Translations under genes and position numbers: made by a program
In this document: in pieces, positions 30,660 through 41,338 of the stretch
Numbering within the stretch: the stretch's first letter is position 1
Layout of the letters: each line of letters starts with the position of its first letter
Assembly: GCA_010015585.1 (NCBI GenBank)
Contig: ML975154.1
Direction: 5' to 3' (one strand)
Length of the DNA stretch: 43,140 bases
From: Eremomyces bilateralis CBS 781.70
Lineage: Eukaryota
The notes under the pieces: model-generated
Told to the model about the DNA's origin: nothing
Database searches by the model: none
Seen by the model: only the letters and a program-made list of their open reading frames with translations

Positions 30660-33600
30660 ATGCTTAGCAAGACACACGAAGATGAGAGTGTCATAAAGAC
30701 GGTCACATTAGCCCGCGGCACCTTCAGCGGACAAAGCCCCCCGGGGATCGGCCCGTCGAGTGCTGCGAGGAGCACAACGGATCGGTCGAGCTTCGGAAGC
30801 ATATCGAAGTCCTCCTCGTCGCCGGAGACTGGAGATGGCGCGCGGACACTTACTCAGATCGGGATACTAGAGTTGATGGAACAGGATACGAGACCGACCT
30901 TCGTGGTGGATTTGGCCGAAGCGAGGAACTACAATTCGGGTCCGCTGCACGTCATTTGGGCAAACTCGGCCTTATCAAGAGGTTGCCCGGGACTGCTGGA
31001 AGCCGTTTCGGGCGAGCTACGAGAATCGTCAAATGGCAGCGATTTACCTCACCCAAAAGACTTCGGGCAGTTCAAATCATGGACGCTGTCGGCTGTGATG
31101 ATCGGGGATGGTCTGGATCCTCTGCAGCCAACCATCTATTTCAAAGACATGACATGGTCGTGCTCGACGATTCGGAAACGGTTGCGTGTTGTGAGCGCGC
31201 TCAAGGTCTTACCGAGGATACAGTCCAGAGCAGCATCAGCAAGAGTATCGCCAGCGATCGGGCATCATTCTCGTCCTTTTATGGAGCCTCTTCGGAGCAT
31301 TTCTTCCGCCACCAACTTAACCACCGTCCTCCAATCCGCCGAAGAGCCCCAAGACTACTTCGGTGGTGCAGGCTCTCTAGCAGCTACCGTATGCCTTTCA
31401 CCACCTCCCTCCGAACCAAAAACATCCTCCCCCCACGAAATACCTAGCTCTATAATCGCCTCGGAGCCTACTTCACAACCTCACTCAACCGCGACCGAAA
31501 TCTCGAAAAGCCCTCGATCTCCCAGAACGCCTGGTTCCGACAACATACACCCTATCAGGACACTAAAAAACCAGATATCCTCTATCTTCGAGACCCACCC
31601 CTCCTTAACGAATGAGTGCGTACTAAGTGCCGCTGCCTCTGCCGATATTGACTCCTTTACTAGCCCCTCGTATGGGACCTTCGGTGCGAACCTCCCCTCC
31701 GGTAATCGAGACGATACGAGTGCTCTACAAGACGAAGACAACATTGGCGATATCGGCTTCTTCGACTGGACTCGACTGTCCCCGACAGTGTCACTGCCCA
31801 CACATATCCAGTTCGCACGCGATCGGGACTGGGCATCCACCAGCCTCGGTCCGATGGACTTTTGGCCACCGGACTTAAGGCAGATGTGCAATCTTATCAT
31901 GGCAAGCCCTCATCCCGCCGCAATGTATTGGGGAGAAGACCTTGTCGCGATTTATAACGAAGCATACGTCCTACTTGCCGGCCAGAAACACCCGGAATTG
32001 ATGGGCCAGAGCTATAAAGCCGCCTGGGTCGAGATTTGGGACGAGGTCAAGGATGTTTTCCACAGCGCTCGAGACACCGGGCAAGCGACAATGAAGGACG
32101 ATGATTGTCTATTTATCATGCGGAATAGCTTTCTAGAGGAGACTTACTTCTCTTGGTCGATCATCCCCATGGTTGGTAGCGATGGGACTGTGACCGGTCT
32201 TTACAACCCGGCGTTTGAAAAAACCAGACGAAAAATCGCTGAACGACGCATGTTCACGCTTCGGGAAGTTGGTGAGCGAACGGCGACAGCGAGGGATGTC
32301 AAGTCCTTCTGGGGACTGGTTACGGAAGCGCTTGCCACAAACGAACGAGACACGCCATTCGCACTCCTCTACTCCGTTAGCGACGAATCCGATCGAGAGA
32401 GTAGTAGCATCCACTCCAACAGCGCCATGGAAGACAAACATTGCTTTCTTGAAGGCGCACTTGGCGTACCAGACGGACATCCGTGCGCTCCGAAACAAAT
32501 CGAGTTGAAGAGCGGAATGGAGGGGTTTGGGCCATTCTTCCGTGAATGCATGAACACCGACAAGCCTGCTCTACTACACATTGCCTGGGATACGTCGGTG
32601 AAGAATGGCGATGGCGCTGAAATTGGCGAAGAGCGGTTTGGAGAAATTCCGGCGGCAACGATGGAAGGGATTCAATGGAGAGGATTTGGCGATCCCTGCC
32701 GGTCGGTGGTGGTGTGTCCTGTGCATCCGACGACTGGCGAACTGATCTTGGGCTACCTTGTGCTCGGGGTCAATCCTCGTCGACCGTTCGACGATGATTA
32801 TAGCCTATTCCTACAGCTTTTGAGTCGACAATTGGCCACTTCTCTGGCTTCGGTTGTCCTTTTCGAAGAAGAGATCAGAAGAGGGAAAAAGGCAGCAAAA
32901 ATTGCCGCGTTGGATCACATCGAGCTATCCCAACAACTTGCTGCTCGGACACAAGAAGCAAGGGATATCGAGACGAGGTTCACGCGCATGGCGGAGTTCA
33001 GTCCTGTGGGACTTTTCATCGCGAACTCCAATGGGAACGTCGTTTACTGCAACGACGCCTGGTTTGAGATCACCAAGGTTCCGAAAGAGGAGGATTGCTT
33101 TGATAAGTGGATGGATTCCGTCAAAGAGGAGGACCAGGAACGAATCCGGGGATTATGGAAGCAGCTGGTCGAGAACAAGACGGCTGTCACTGCCGAGTTT
33201 CGATTCAAAGCGCCCTGGCAGGACCAGAAGGGCAACACGACGGACGGCACTTGGGTACTATTCAGCGCGTACCCCGAACGATATGCCGCGGATTGCGTGG
33301 GATATCCGGCTGGAAGCTTGAAGAGCATCTTCGGTGTGATAACCAACATCAGCCAGCAGAAATGGGCGGAAGATTTCCAGAAGCGCAAGATGGAGGAGGC
33401 CGTCGAGCTGAAACGGCAACAGGAGAACTTCATCGACGTGACCAGTCATGAGATGAGGAACCCGCTAAGTGCGATCCTGCAATGCGCCGACGAAATCCAA
33501 TCAACCTTACATGGTTTCATCGAGCAGGAAGACCGCGTGATGGACAAGCATGTTGTGCAGGACAACATCGATGCGGCGGAGACGATCGCACTTTGCGCCA

Positions 33601-34940
33601 TGCACCAGAAGAGAATTGTGGACGATATCTTGACGTTCTCCCGATTGGACTCTGGATTGCTCATCGTGACTCCTATCGACGTCCAACCGTTAACCATCGC
33701 TCAGAAAGCGGTCAAGATGTTCGAAGGCCAGCTACAGAACGCCGACATCCACATGAACTTCATCATCGATCCATCGTACCACAAACTGGGCATCGACTGG
33801 GTTAAAATGGACCCCAGCCGCGTCCTCCAAATCTTCATCAACCTCATCACCAACGCCATCAAATTCACATCCGAAGGCCCCCAACGCACCATCACCCTCA
33901 CCATCGCCGCCACCACCGAGCCGACGCGCGACCGCGGCCGGGAGGTGCCGTCCAAATCCTCCCCTGACTTGCCCACCTGGGTCGATTACTTCCCGACCCG
34001 CTCCCAGCGGCCTGACATCACCGACAGCAGCCCGGACTGGGGCACTGGCGCGCCCGTGTACATCCACTTCGCCGTGCAGGACACCGGAAAAGGCCTCACG
34101 GAAAACGAGAAGAAGATGCTATTCCTCCGCTTCAGCCAGGCCAGTCCGCGCACGCACGTGCAGTACGGCGGGTCGGGCCTGGGACTCTTCATCTCCCGCG
34201 AGCTGACCGAGCTACAGGGCGGCGAGATCGGCGTCGCGAGCGAGGCGGGCAAGGGTAGCACGTTCGCGTTCTACATCAAGGCGCGGCGCTGTGAGAACGC
34301 GGTTGAGGAGATGGTCGTTCCGGTGCCGCTGGCGGTCGATCGGGAGGGTAGCCAGTCGAGGGCGGGGAGTCGCGGGCCAGATAGCGGGTCGACGTCGAGA
34401 GTGCGGCTGGATGGACTGTCACCCGCGCGGGAGCCGGCGTCGAGGAAGAGCTGGCACGTGCTGATCGTGGAAGATAACCTGGTCAATCAGCGGGTACTGG
34501 TTAAGCAGTTGCGAAACAAAGGGCTGGCGATCTCCACGGCGAACCATGGTGGCGAGGGGCTCGAGGTGCTGAAGAAGAGTAAACTTTGGCACAGAAATCG
34601 GACGAAGTCCGAGCGGGAAGCGCCGCATATTGATGTGGTGCTCATGGATCAGGAGATGCCGGTCATGGACGGGTTAGAGGCCACGAAAGCGATTCGAGAG
34701 TTGGAAAGGAAAGGGGAGCTGCTCGGACATGTGCCGATCATTGCGGTAACGGCAAATGCGAGGAGCGAACAGGTGAAGGCTTTGTTGGATGCGGGATCAG
34801 TGAGTCTCCCTTCTTGATACATGGTCGTGTTGCAGTTACTAACCCAAGCGTAGGACGATGTCGTCTCCAAGCCATTCCGGATTCCGGAACTCATACCGAA
34901 GATTGAGGAGCTGGCCGACAAGTTTACGAGGGGGGTTTGA
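30660..34940 (+). CDS. Hybrid sensor histidine kinase/response regulator with PAS domains; true start uncertain and possibly further upstream
   Basis: First in-frame ATG at 30660 (frame open from 30180); last intron 34800-34853 GTGAGT...CTAAC...TAG restores AGSDDVVSKPF, stop at 34938-34940. H-box SHEMRNPL, N-box QIFINLITNAIKFT, G boxes VQDTGKG and GGSGLGLFIS, receiver VLIVEDN / VLMDQEMPVMDG; PAS-like segments (DWASTSLGP...YNEAY; MAEFSPVGLF...YCNDAW). Confidence 0.92.
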
Positions 34941-35368
34941 TTTGGCGCTGCAATCTCATTTATTGGCATCTAAACCATTGGCAAACGAAACATCACGTTG
35001 GTTTTGGTCATGTCTTTCCTCGGGTATACATCTACAAGTATGCATATGGACGGCGTTATTGGGCTTCTGATACCAGAACAAGATCACGGCGGAATGGAAT
35101 CTCGGCACGCATCCCGTGCATCTAGCGGATATTTTGTCGGCATTGCCGATTACGGACCCGGCGTACAGGTCTTGGTTATGAACACGATTAGACGAGAATA
35201 GATATCCTGAGTGGCATACCCTTTATCTAGGCAGCGTTCCTGCATTCAAAGAGAGAAACTTAGAACCATGTAGCTCCTTTCAGGACAAAGGTCACTCCCC
35301 ACCAATCAAACATCGTCATCGATTGAACATACGCTCATCCTGTAGAGGTAAATGTTTTGTCTGTGCCC

Positions 35369-36599
35369 TCAATGATTCCTCTCCACAATCTCCCTCGCAA
35401 ATTGCGCAAACGTTACCCCCTCATCCACCTCCTCCTCCAAATTCGGCTGCGTAAACACCGCCAACGTATTCCTCGCCACCCTCGCCATCCCCTCCCCTCC
35501 CGCCCCCTTCCCCAGCGCCGCCCCCCTCACAAAATGCGGCACCGCTCGAAACTTCCCCTTCGTGATCCGCTCCAGCGCCTCGCCCGTCTGGAACGCCAGA
35601 CAATCGCGCGGGATTCCGACTTTTGTCGTCTGCCCCGTGCGAGAGCGGATGTACAGCCCCGCGCGGGGGTCGGGGGAAGCGGGAAGTTCAGGGAGGACGG
35701 GAACGGCGCTGCTGGGGGAGAGGGTGGGTGGGCTGGCGGATTCGTCGATGAACATGGCGGAGGTGAGGCCGGTGAGGCAGCCATGGTCGAGGTGGGTGGC
35801 GCACCAGTCGTCTTCGTCGTTGCCTGTGACGTCTCCGGTGTTCGCACCGCTGGAAGATGAAGGAGGGAAGTAGTGCAGTAACCGTGCCTTGGTGCTAACG
35901 CTCGTTTTCACGACGTGCGCCAGGTATCCCTTTTTATACCCATCGATCTTCGCTTCGGCATATTGGTCACAAGCGCGGGCGACCAGCACGGCGACGTCGA
36001 TAATCAAGTCGCACAGTTCGTGAAAGGTCGCCTCGAAAGCTTCGAGGATTGCTTCCGATGGCCAGACATTTGGCGCGGTGTACTCGGGGAACCCTGGGAA
36101 TTTCTTCTCCAGATCAGCGCGCGCAGTATCGAAGCCGGAAGCACAGTTCACGTAGTAGGATCCCTTCAGCGTGTCATATTTGCCGTCTTTGAGCGTCTCC
36201 TTTCCGCAGGACCAGCCGACGAGATAGTGGGATTGTGGGGATTCAAGCTTCGCTAGGGTACCGTCAGTTCACAATTATGGTTCATCAATTTAGTATTTAT
36301 TTGTCTAAACTCACACAATTCTTCGGCTGGTAAATTCGCCAAATATGAAGCGTACGACAGCAACTTCGCCCGCAACTCCGCAAATTTCGTCGGAAGATGT
36401 TTTACCACGATAATCCCTAACGATGAGGGCCCAAAGGCATCCTCAAGGCTATCGAAAGACACAACCCCTACATGACCACAACTAATTAACCATCATGATC
36501 AGTTTCCTCATCAGGAGATCGGAGTTAGCGATGAGGCGCCCTACCTTGCTCGAGCTCCGAGAGGCTCACGGCCACTGCCTGCTGTGCTGAGTCCTGCAT
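35369..36599 (-). CDS. 2-oxoglutarate/Fe(II)-dependent oxygenase family protein
   Basis: complement(join(35369..36252,36315..36467,36545..36599)). AFGPSSLGIIVV, GWSCGKE, KGSYY, KARLLHYFP, HxD in WCATHLDHGCLTGL, distal His in AVPHFV, RNTLAVF. Confidence 0.9.
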
Positions 36600-37009
36600 G
36601 GCTGAAGGCTACTGGTAACGTCGGCGATTGTGATTTGATGGCGAGAGAGAAATGCGACCCAGAGTCATTAACATTATTACGAGGCCTGACGCGTTTCCGG
36701 TGCGATCAAGTGTGCGGGGCAATGGAATCGGCATGCTGATGACGCGGCGGTGGTGATGCCTCCGAAAGCCGACGACATGGATGATACGGCCGCAGCCACC
36801 ACTAGTATAGCCTCCATCGGGATGTGGAAGAGCTGTCCTTTTCTTTTCAGGACATAATATAGCTGTGAGGATAAGCGGACCTATAGTCTTTTTCTCTTTT
36901 ATTCCGGGGTTGCCTTTTATTTCACCATCGAGTCTACTCTGCAAATGCGTAATCATACCGCGTCAGCTCCTACTCCCTCATAGAGTTGAGCGACCATATA
37001 TCCCCAGCC

Positions 37010-39661
37010 ATGGAGAAGTCTACGCCCACCGAATCCCGCAATCCGGATCATTTTATCCTAGACGATCATGATTCTGACTACGAGTCACACTATTCACCGA
37101 TGTTGACCCCACAGAGCAGTCAGTTAGGGGAAGTTCCCGACCTCCCTCCTTCATATGAACAGGCACAGGCAGAGTTGGAGCAACAGGCTTCGAATCTACA
37201 AGTGTATCGAGTGGTGCTTCAAGATGGATCTCAACACGCAGCCCGTGGAGAACATGATCCTTCGAATGAACATCTCCATGTCGCAAACGGTGTAAGAAGC
37301 GGCACGACAGCGCCGATTCCGGTGCTATCAGGTCCCCAAAGGGACAGCACAGCGGCTCCAATTCCCGCGGCTGGGAACCACAGCCCAGAGAACCCGCAGG
37401 GACAAGGAGATGTTAGACCTCCTGCTAGCCTTCTGGATACCGCATTGTCTTTCGCTCAGCACACCCCAAGCGAGGATACACGTTTCGCCCCGAGGCTTTC
37501 TCAACCGGTCGTTATACCGCAACTCATTCTCCCTCACACTTCCACCTCTGATAATGGAGGCTTACCTACCTTTGCACGCGCATACTCCAAACCTCTCCAC
37601 GCTCACGATATCTCCCCTCAAGACTTTGTTGCATTCCTGGATGGCCTAAATGCACTTGCAAAGGCGCCTATCAATGGCGAGGTGGTTCGAGACTTCCTCT
37701 ATAGGGCCAATACGATGTTCTTCGTACCCCGTGGATTGCACGTCCGTATCTCTGCGCTTGGCGAGCTCATCGCATTGTTGAATAGAGGTTCAGGGGCTCG
37801 AGGAAATGTTGATGAGTTGATGGCAAAGCTCATGCAGGAGGAGGAGGATATCCGAGCTTCCCTTACACCTGGTGCGGACGGGACAGGATCTGCCGATGGC
37901 ATTACCAACGCCGTAAAGCTGTCGAGAACCCTCGAGCCGCTTGCTGCGACGCTGCTCTTTGAAGTCCCAGAAGCGGGGGCTGCAGCTGTTGCGCTCAGGG
38001 CGATGATTGATAGGATGGGTACTCTGAGCTTAGGAAACGAAGCCGCAAGCCCGAACGGAGGGAATGCATCCCGAGAGGAGCGACCGGTCACAGTCCATGA
38101 ACTGTCCAATGACGCAGCGTCAGAGAATACCGGTTTACTATTGGACATCGACCGTCCTTCATCCCCGGTACCAAGCTACCACACAATTCCGACTGAGATG
38201 TCTGCTCAGGACTTCTCTACACAACGCCAGCCGCCCTCAGACGAGAAACGACCCATGCCCAACGCCCGCACACAGTCCTGGCAGGAATGGGGCGAAGATA
38301 TCGGCAAGCGGTGGGGCGACTGGGGCCAAGATGTCGGCAAACGGTGGGGGACGTGGGGTGAGAATTTCGGCGCGAGGGCCGAGTACTTCGGTGACGATAT
38401 CGGGCGACGAGCGGAGAAATGGGGCGAGGGTGTCGAGAATAAGTTCGCGGGTCCATCTAAGAGAGGGTGCTACGGGAAAGAGAAGGGGAGAGCCGGCTCA
38501 GTGCCGTTCGGATCACCGTTCGGCCCAGGTCATGGACCCTTTGCACGTGGTGGACCCTTTCCACACGGTGGTGGACCCTTTCCACACGGTGGTGGACCCT
38601 TTACACGCAGTGATGGCCCATTTGGACGACCACATGGGCAGGGTGGGTGTGGTTCTCGTCCATGGAGTGGTGCCGGATATGGAGGAAGAGCTTTTGGAGG
38701 TCGACGGGGCAGCTGGGGTGGTCAAGGGCGAAGGCGAGGATGGAACCAGCATGACCGCGATGGCGACGATTCCGGAGATGAATCCGATTCATCCAGCGCA
38801 TCCAGCTCCAGCTCCTCCTCGGATGGTTCCTCGCGTCGTGATGGTCGCCGAAGCGGTGAGCAACGGGGTCGTCGCAGCTATCATCCTGATCGCGGTGCTG
38901 TTCGTGGTGATCATAACCCTCTTGCGTCCCACCCTGCATCGTCTCCCATGCCTGGCGCATTCCCTCCTCATCCGCCTCCGCCACCCATGCCCGCAACGCC
39001 AGCTGTGCCTTCATTGCCGGCGCTGCCTTTTGGGCTCACTCGACCGCCCATGCCAGGCTCATTCCCAGCCCCGCCACAACCCCCCTCCCCCCACGGACAC
39101 GGCCGCCGTGGCCGTCGACGTGACCGCAAGCACAAAGATGCCACTTCCAAATACACCGAGAGGATCACCGCGATTGAAGAAGCCGCCGCCGCCGCACTTG
39201 CGGCTGGGATCCCCGACTCGGAAATATATGCGGAGCGCACTAAGGCACTGGAGAAAGCGGCATTGAGGCTCAATAAGCGGATGCGGAAAGAGGTGGGCCA
39301 TTCGGAAAAGAAGGCGCTGAAAGAGGTGTGGAAGGCGAGGGTGCAAGGGTTGACGAGGGAGGATAAAAAGCGGATGAAGCAGCTATGGAGGGAGCATATG
39401 GGGCGGGGGTGGCGGCCGAGGGGGGTTGATGCACGTGATGAAATGGAGGAGATGTGGAAGATTTGGGAGAGAGTGAGGGATGGGGTGGATGGGACGGAGG
39501 GGCAGACGCAAGGTATTGAGATTGGGGCGAGGAGCGGTGGTGAACGGGGATCACAAGTGACGCAGGAGGTGGGGATTACTGGAGTCCAGACGGATAAGGG
39601 AGTTCATAGGGAAGATAAGGAGTTGATGTGGGTTGTGGTTGAAAACTTGGGGGGTATGTGA
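37010..39661 (+). CDS. Fungal hypothetical protein: conserved globular region plus WG repeats, GGPF repeats and Gly/Arg/Pro-rich low-complexity regions
   Basis: Long intronless ORF (ATG at 37010 in GCCATGG context). PVVIPQ...FARAY...DISPQDFVAFLDGLN...FLYRANTMFFVPRGLHV and terminal WVVVENL resemble a widespread uncharacterised ascomycete family. Confidence 0.85.
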   Translation: MEKSTPTESRNPDHFILDDHDSDYESHYSPMLTPQSSQLGEVPDLPPSYEQAQAELEQQASNLQVYRVVLQDGSQHAARGEHDPSNEHLHVANGVRSGTTAPIPVLSGPQRDSTAAPIPAAGNHSPENPQGQGDVRPPASLLDTALSFAQHTPSEDTRFAPRLSQPVVIPQLILPHTSTSDNGGLPTFARAYSKPLHAHDISPQDFVAFLDGLNALAKAPINGEVVRDFLYRANTMFFVPRGLHVRISALGELIALLNRGSGARGNVDELMAKLMQEEEDIRASLTPGADGTGSADGITNAVKLSRTLEPLAATLLFEVPEAGAAAVALRAMIDRMGTLSLGNEAASPNGGNASREERPVTVHELSNDAASENTGLLLDIDRPSSPVPSYHTIPTEMSAQDFSTQRQPPSDEKRPMPNARTQSWQEWGEDIGKRWGDWGQDVGKRWGTWGENFGARAEYFGDDIGRRAEKWGEGVENKFAGPSKRGCYGKEKGRAGSVPFGSPFGPGHGPFARGGPFPHGGGPFPHGGGPFTRSDGPFGRPHGQGGCGSRPWSGAGYGGRAFGGRRGSWGGQGRRRGWNQHDRDGDDSGDESDSSSASSSSSSSDGSSRRDGRRSGEQRGRRSYHPDRGAVRGDHNPLASHPASSPMPGAFPPHPPPPPMPATPAVPSLPALPFGLTRPPMPGSFPAPPQPPSPHGHGRRGRRRDRKHKDATSKYTERITAIEEAAAAALAAGIPDSEIYAERTKALEKAALRLNKRMRKEVGHSEKKALKEVWKARVQGLTREDKKRMKQLWREHMGRGWRPRGVDARDEMEEMWKIWERVRDGVDGTEGQTQGIEIGARSGGERGSQVTQEVGITGVQTDKGVHREDKELMWVVVENLGGM
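38279..38445 (+). repeat. Degenerate 33-nt (11-aa) coding repeat, WGxDxGKRWGx type
   Basis: WQEWGEDIGKR-WGDWGQDVGKR-WGTWGENFGAR-AEYFGDDIGRR-AEKWGEGVENK. Confidence 0.85.
38549..38610 (+). repeat. 21-nt coding tandem repeat GGTGGACCCTTTCCACACGGT (two perfect copies plus one degenerate)
   Basis: Read directly; encodes GGPFPHG GGPFPHG GGPFTRS. Confidence 0.92.
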
Positions 39662-40439
39662 GTTAAGGTTGGGGTGGTGATTAATGTCGGAGGGTCCTAA
39701 CTGATCTTGTACCAACTCAACTTAACTATAAAGAATTTATGAATATCAGCTTAATTAACCGCGACCGTCTTTACTGTGCTGATACGATGGATCTTACCTT
39801 CGTCCAATATAAAATATTGCAAATATTGCGGATTACGGATTACCAAGGCTGGTTTTCTTAGGGGCAATTTTCCGTTTTCCTAACCCTAATGCTTTCTAGA
39901 TATGTAGCTGCAATCCGCGAGAGCGGAAGTAGTGGTTCCCAGCTGTGAACAACAATTGAGGACAAAAATAGGGCTAAAGCCGGCAATCCGCCGTAGCGCT
40001 AGCGTGGTTTTCTAAAAGAGAGCTGAGGTTTTCCCTACGGGGGATTTTGTCTATAGAAGCGATACAGCCTGCATGGACTAGAGAAGATTGTATCACTAGA
40101 TAGGACTGTATCAGGCGCTAAATAGACGAAATAATATATGTAGATGCATTTATCATCCAAAGTCTCATTTAAATAGTGCTCCATACTTCATAGTGATCTG
40201 AATTTAGTTTGAATGCTCAGGGGTGCTCAGGCGGAGATTGGTATGACTGAAGAAGCACACGGCGCCTCGCAAAAGGACGTCACCAATCCGATTCAGAGCC
40301 CGTCGAAAACCTATCATTTCTCAAGTCTGAATACATCCTCGTATCCAGTGACAACATTTAATCAGCGGAAGAAACCATTGAGGAGTGAGATAGGAGGGGT
40401 TCCGCACTGCCCCCACTGAGTTTAGTGGTACCCCTATAG

Positions 40440-41030
40440 ATGGGAAGCCGATGGTATGTAGTTTCTCTAGACATTCAGGGCATGTGAAGAAGTTAAGAAT
40501 GTTATATCAAAGTTCCGGAATGCAGCACCTGATCCACACAAACGTACAGGTGAATGGTCATGTTGTGGTCAAATTCACTCCATTGACATATGAATTGTGA
40601 TATTCTCTTCTTCTTTCACCTACCTCTCCCACTAACTTCTTTTGTCCACAGCAAATAAATCCACTCATCATCTCTCTGGGCGGACATCCATAACTCCCAA
40701 TCATGATGCTTGGATTCATTTTCCCAATACTCATGTGCATCAACTCCACCCTCGAAACTCAAGACACTGGCACGGCGAGAACTGAAAGGAAAAAGGAAGG
40801 AAGAAGGCTACAAAACAGAATGGGAGCCAGAGACTTGGACCAGGTACAATGGTGGAGTAAGTAGCAGCAATTTCTCGACACTGGATTTCAGTAACGGTGT
40901 TTAAAGGGCAGCTTTATGAAATATGTCAGAGCATCCCATGATGAAATGTTGGGGTAAACAAAGTTGAATGGAACAACCTCATTCACCTTTCCTATTATAT
41001 GCCTACTGATGTATAAATGTACTCTTCCTT
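40440..41030 (+). pseudogene. Possible decayed multi-exon gene relic of unknown family
   Basis: Intron-like segments 40550-40651 (GTGAAT...CTAAC...CACAG) and about 40857-40906 (GTAAGT...AAAG) join protein-like frames interrupted by TAA and TGATGA stops. No family recognised. Confidence 0.3.
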
Positions 41031-41338
41031 GAAGGCGAGTCCGACTTCAGTTTCTGTTTGTTCCCAAAGATGGGATATCACTGGATGTATGTGGTACATT
41101 CTCAGCATTGGTTTATGTGTTGGTCTGGCAGGTGTTACCAGACCTTCCTAACACTACTGTATGAGTAATTATATGAAGCTTGCAACTGGATCCATGTTCT
41201 TGATTTCTATTTCTCCTTCTTAGATGCTGATATTTGAGTTCCCTTGTGCAACATCCCCCTTCAAACCTCTGGCTGACCCCTGACACACTCTAACTTGAAA
41301 CGTACAAGGACAGCCTGCATTTGCCCTTAAAATTCATC

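Noticed and set aside
39879..39889. Telomeric repeat (CCTAACCCTAA)
   Set aside because: Fewer than two full units; expected by chance.
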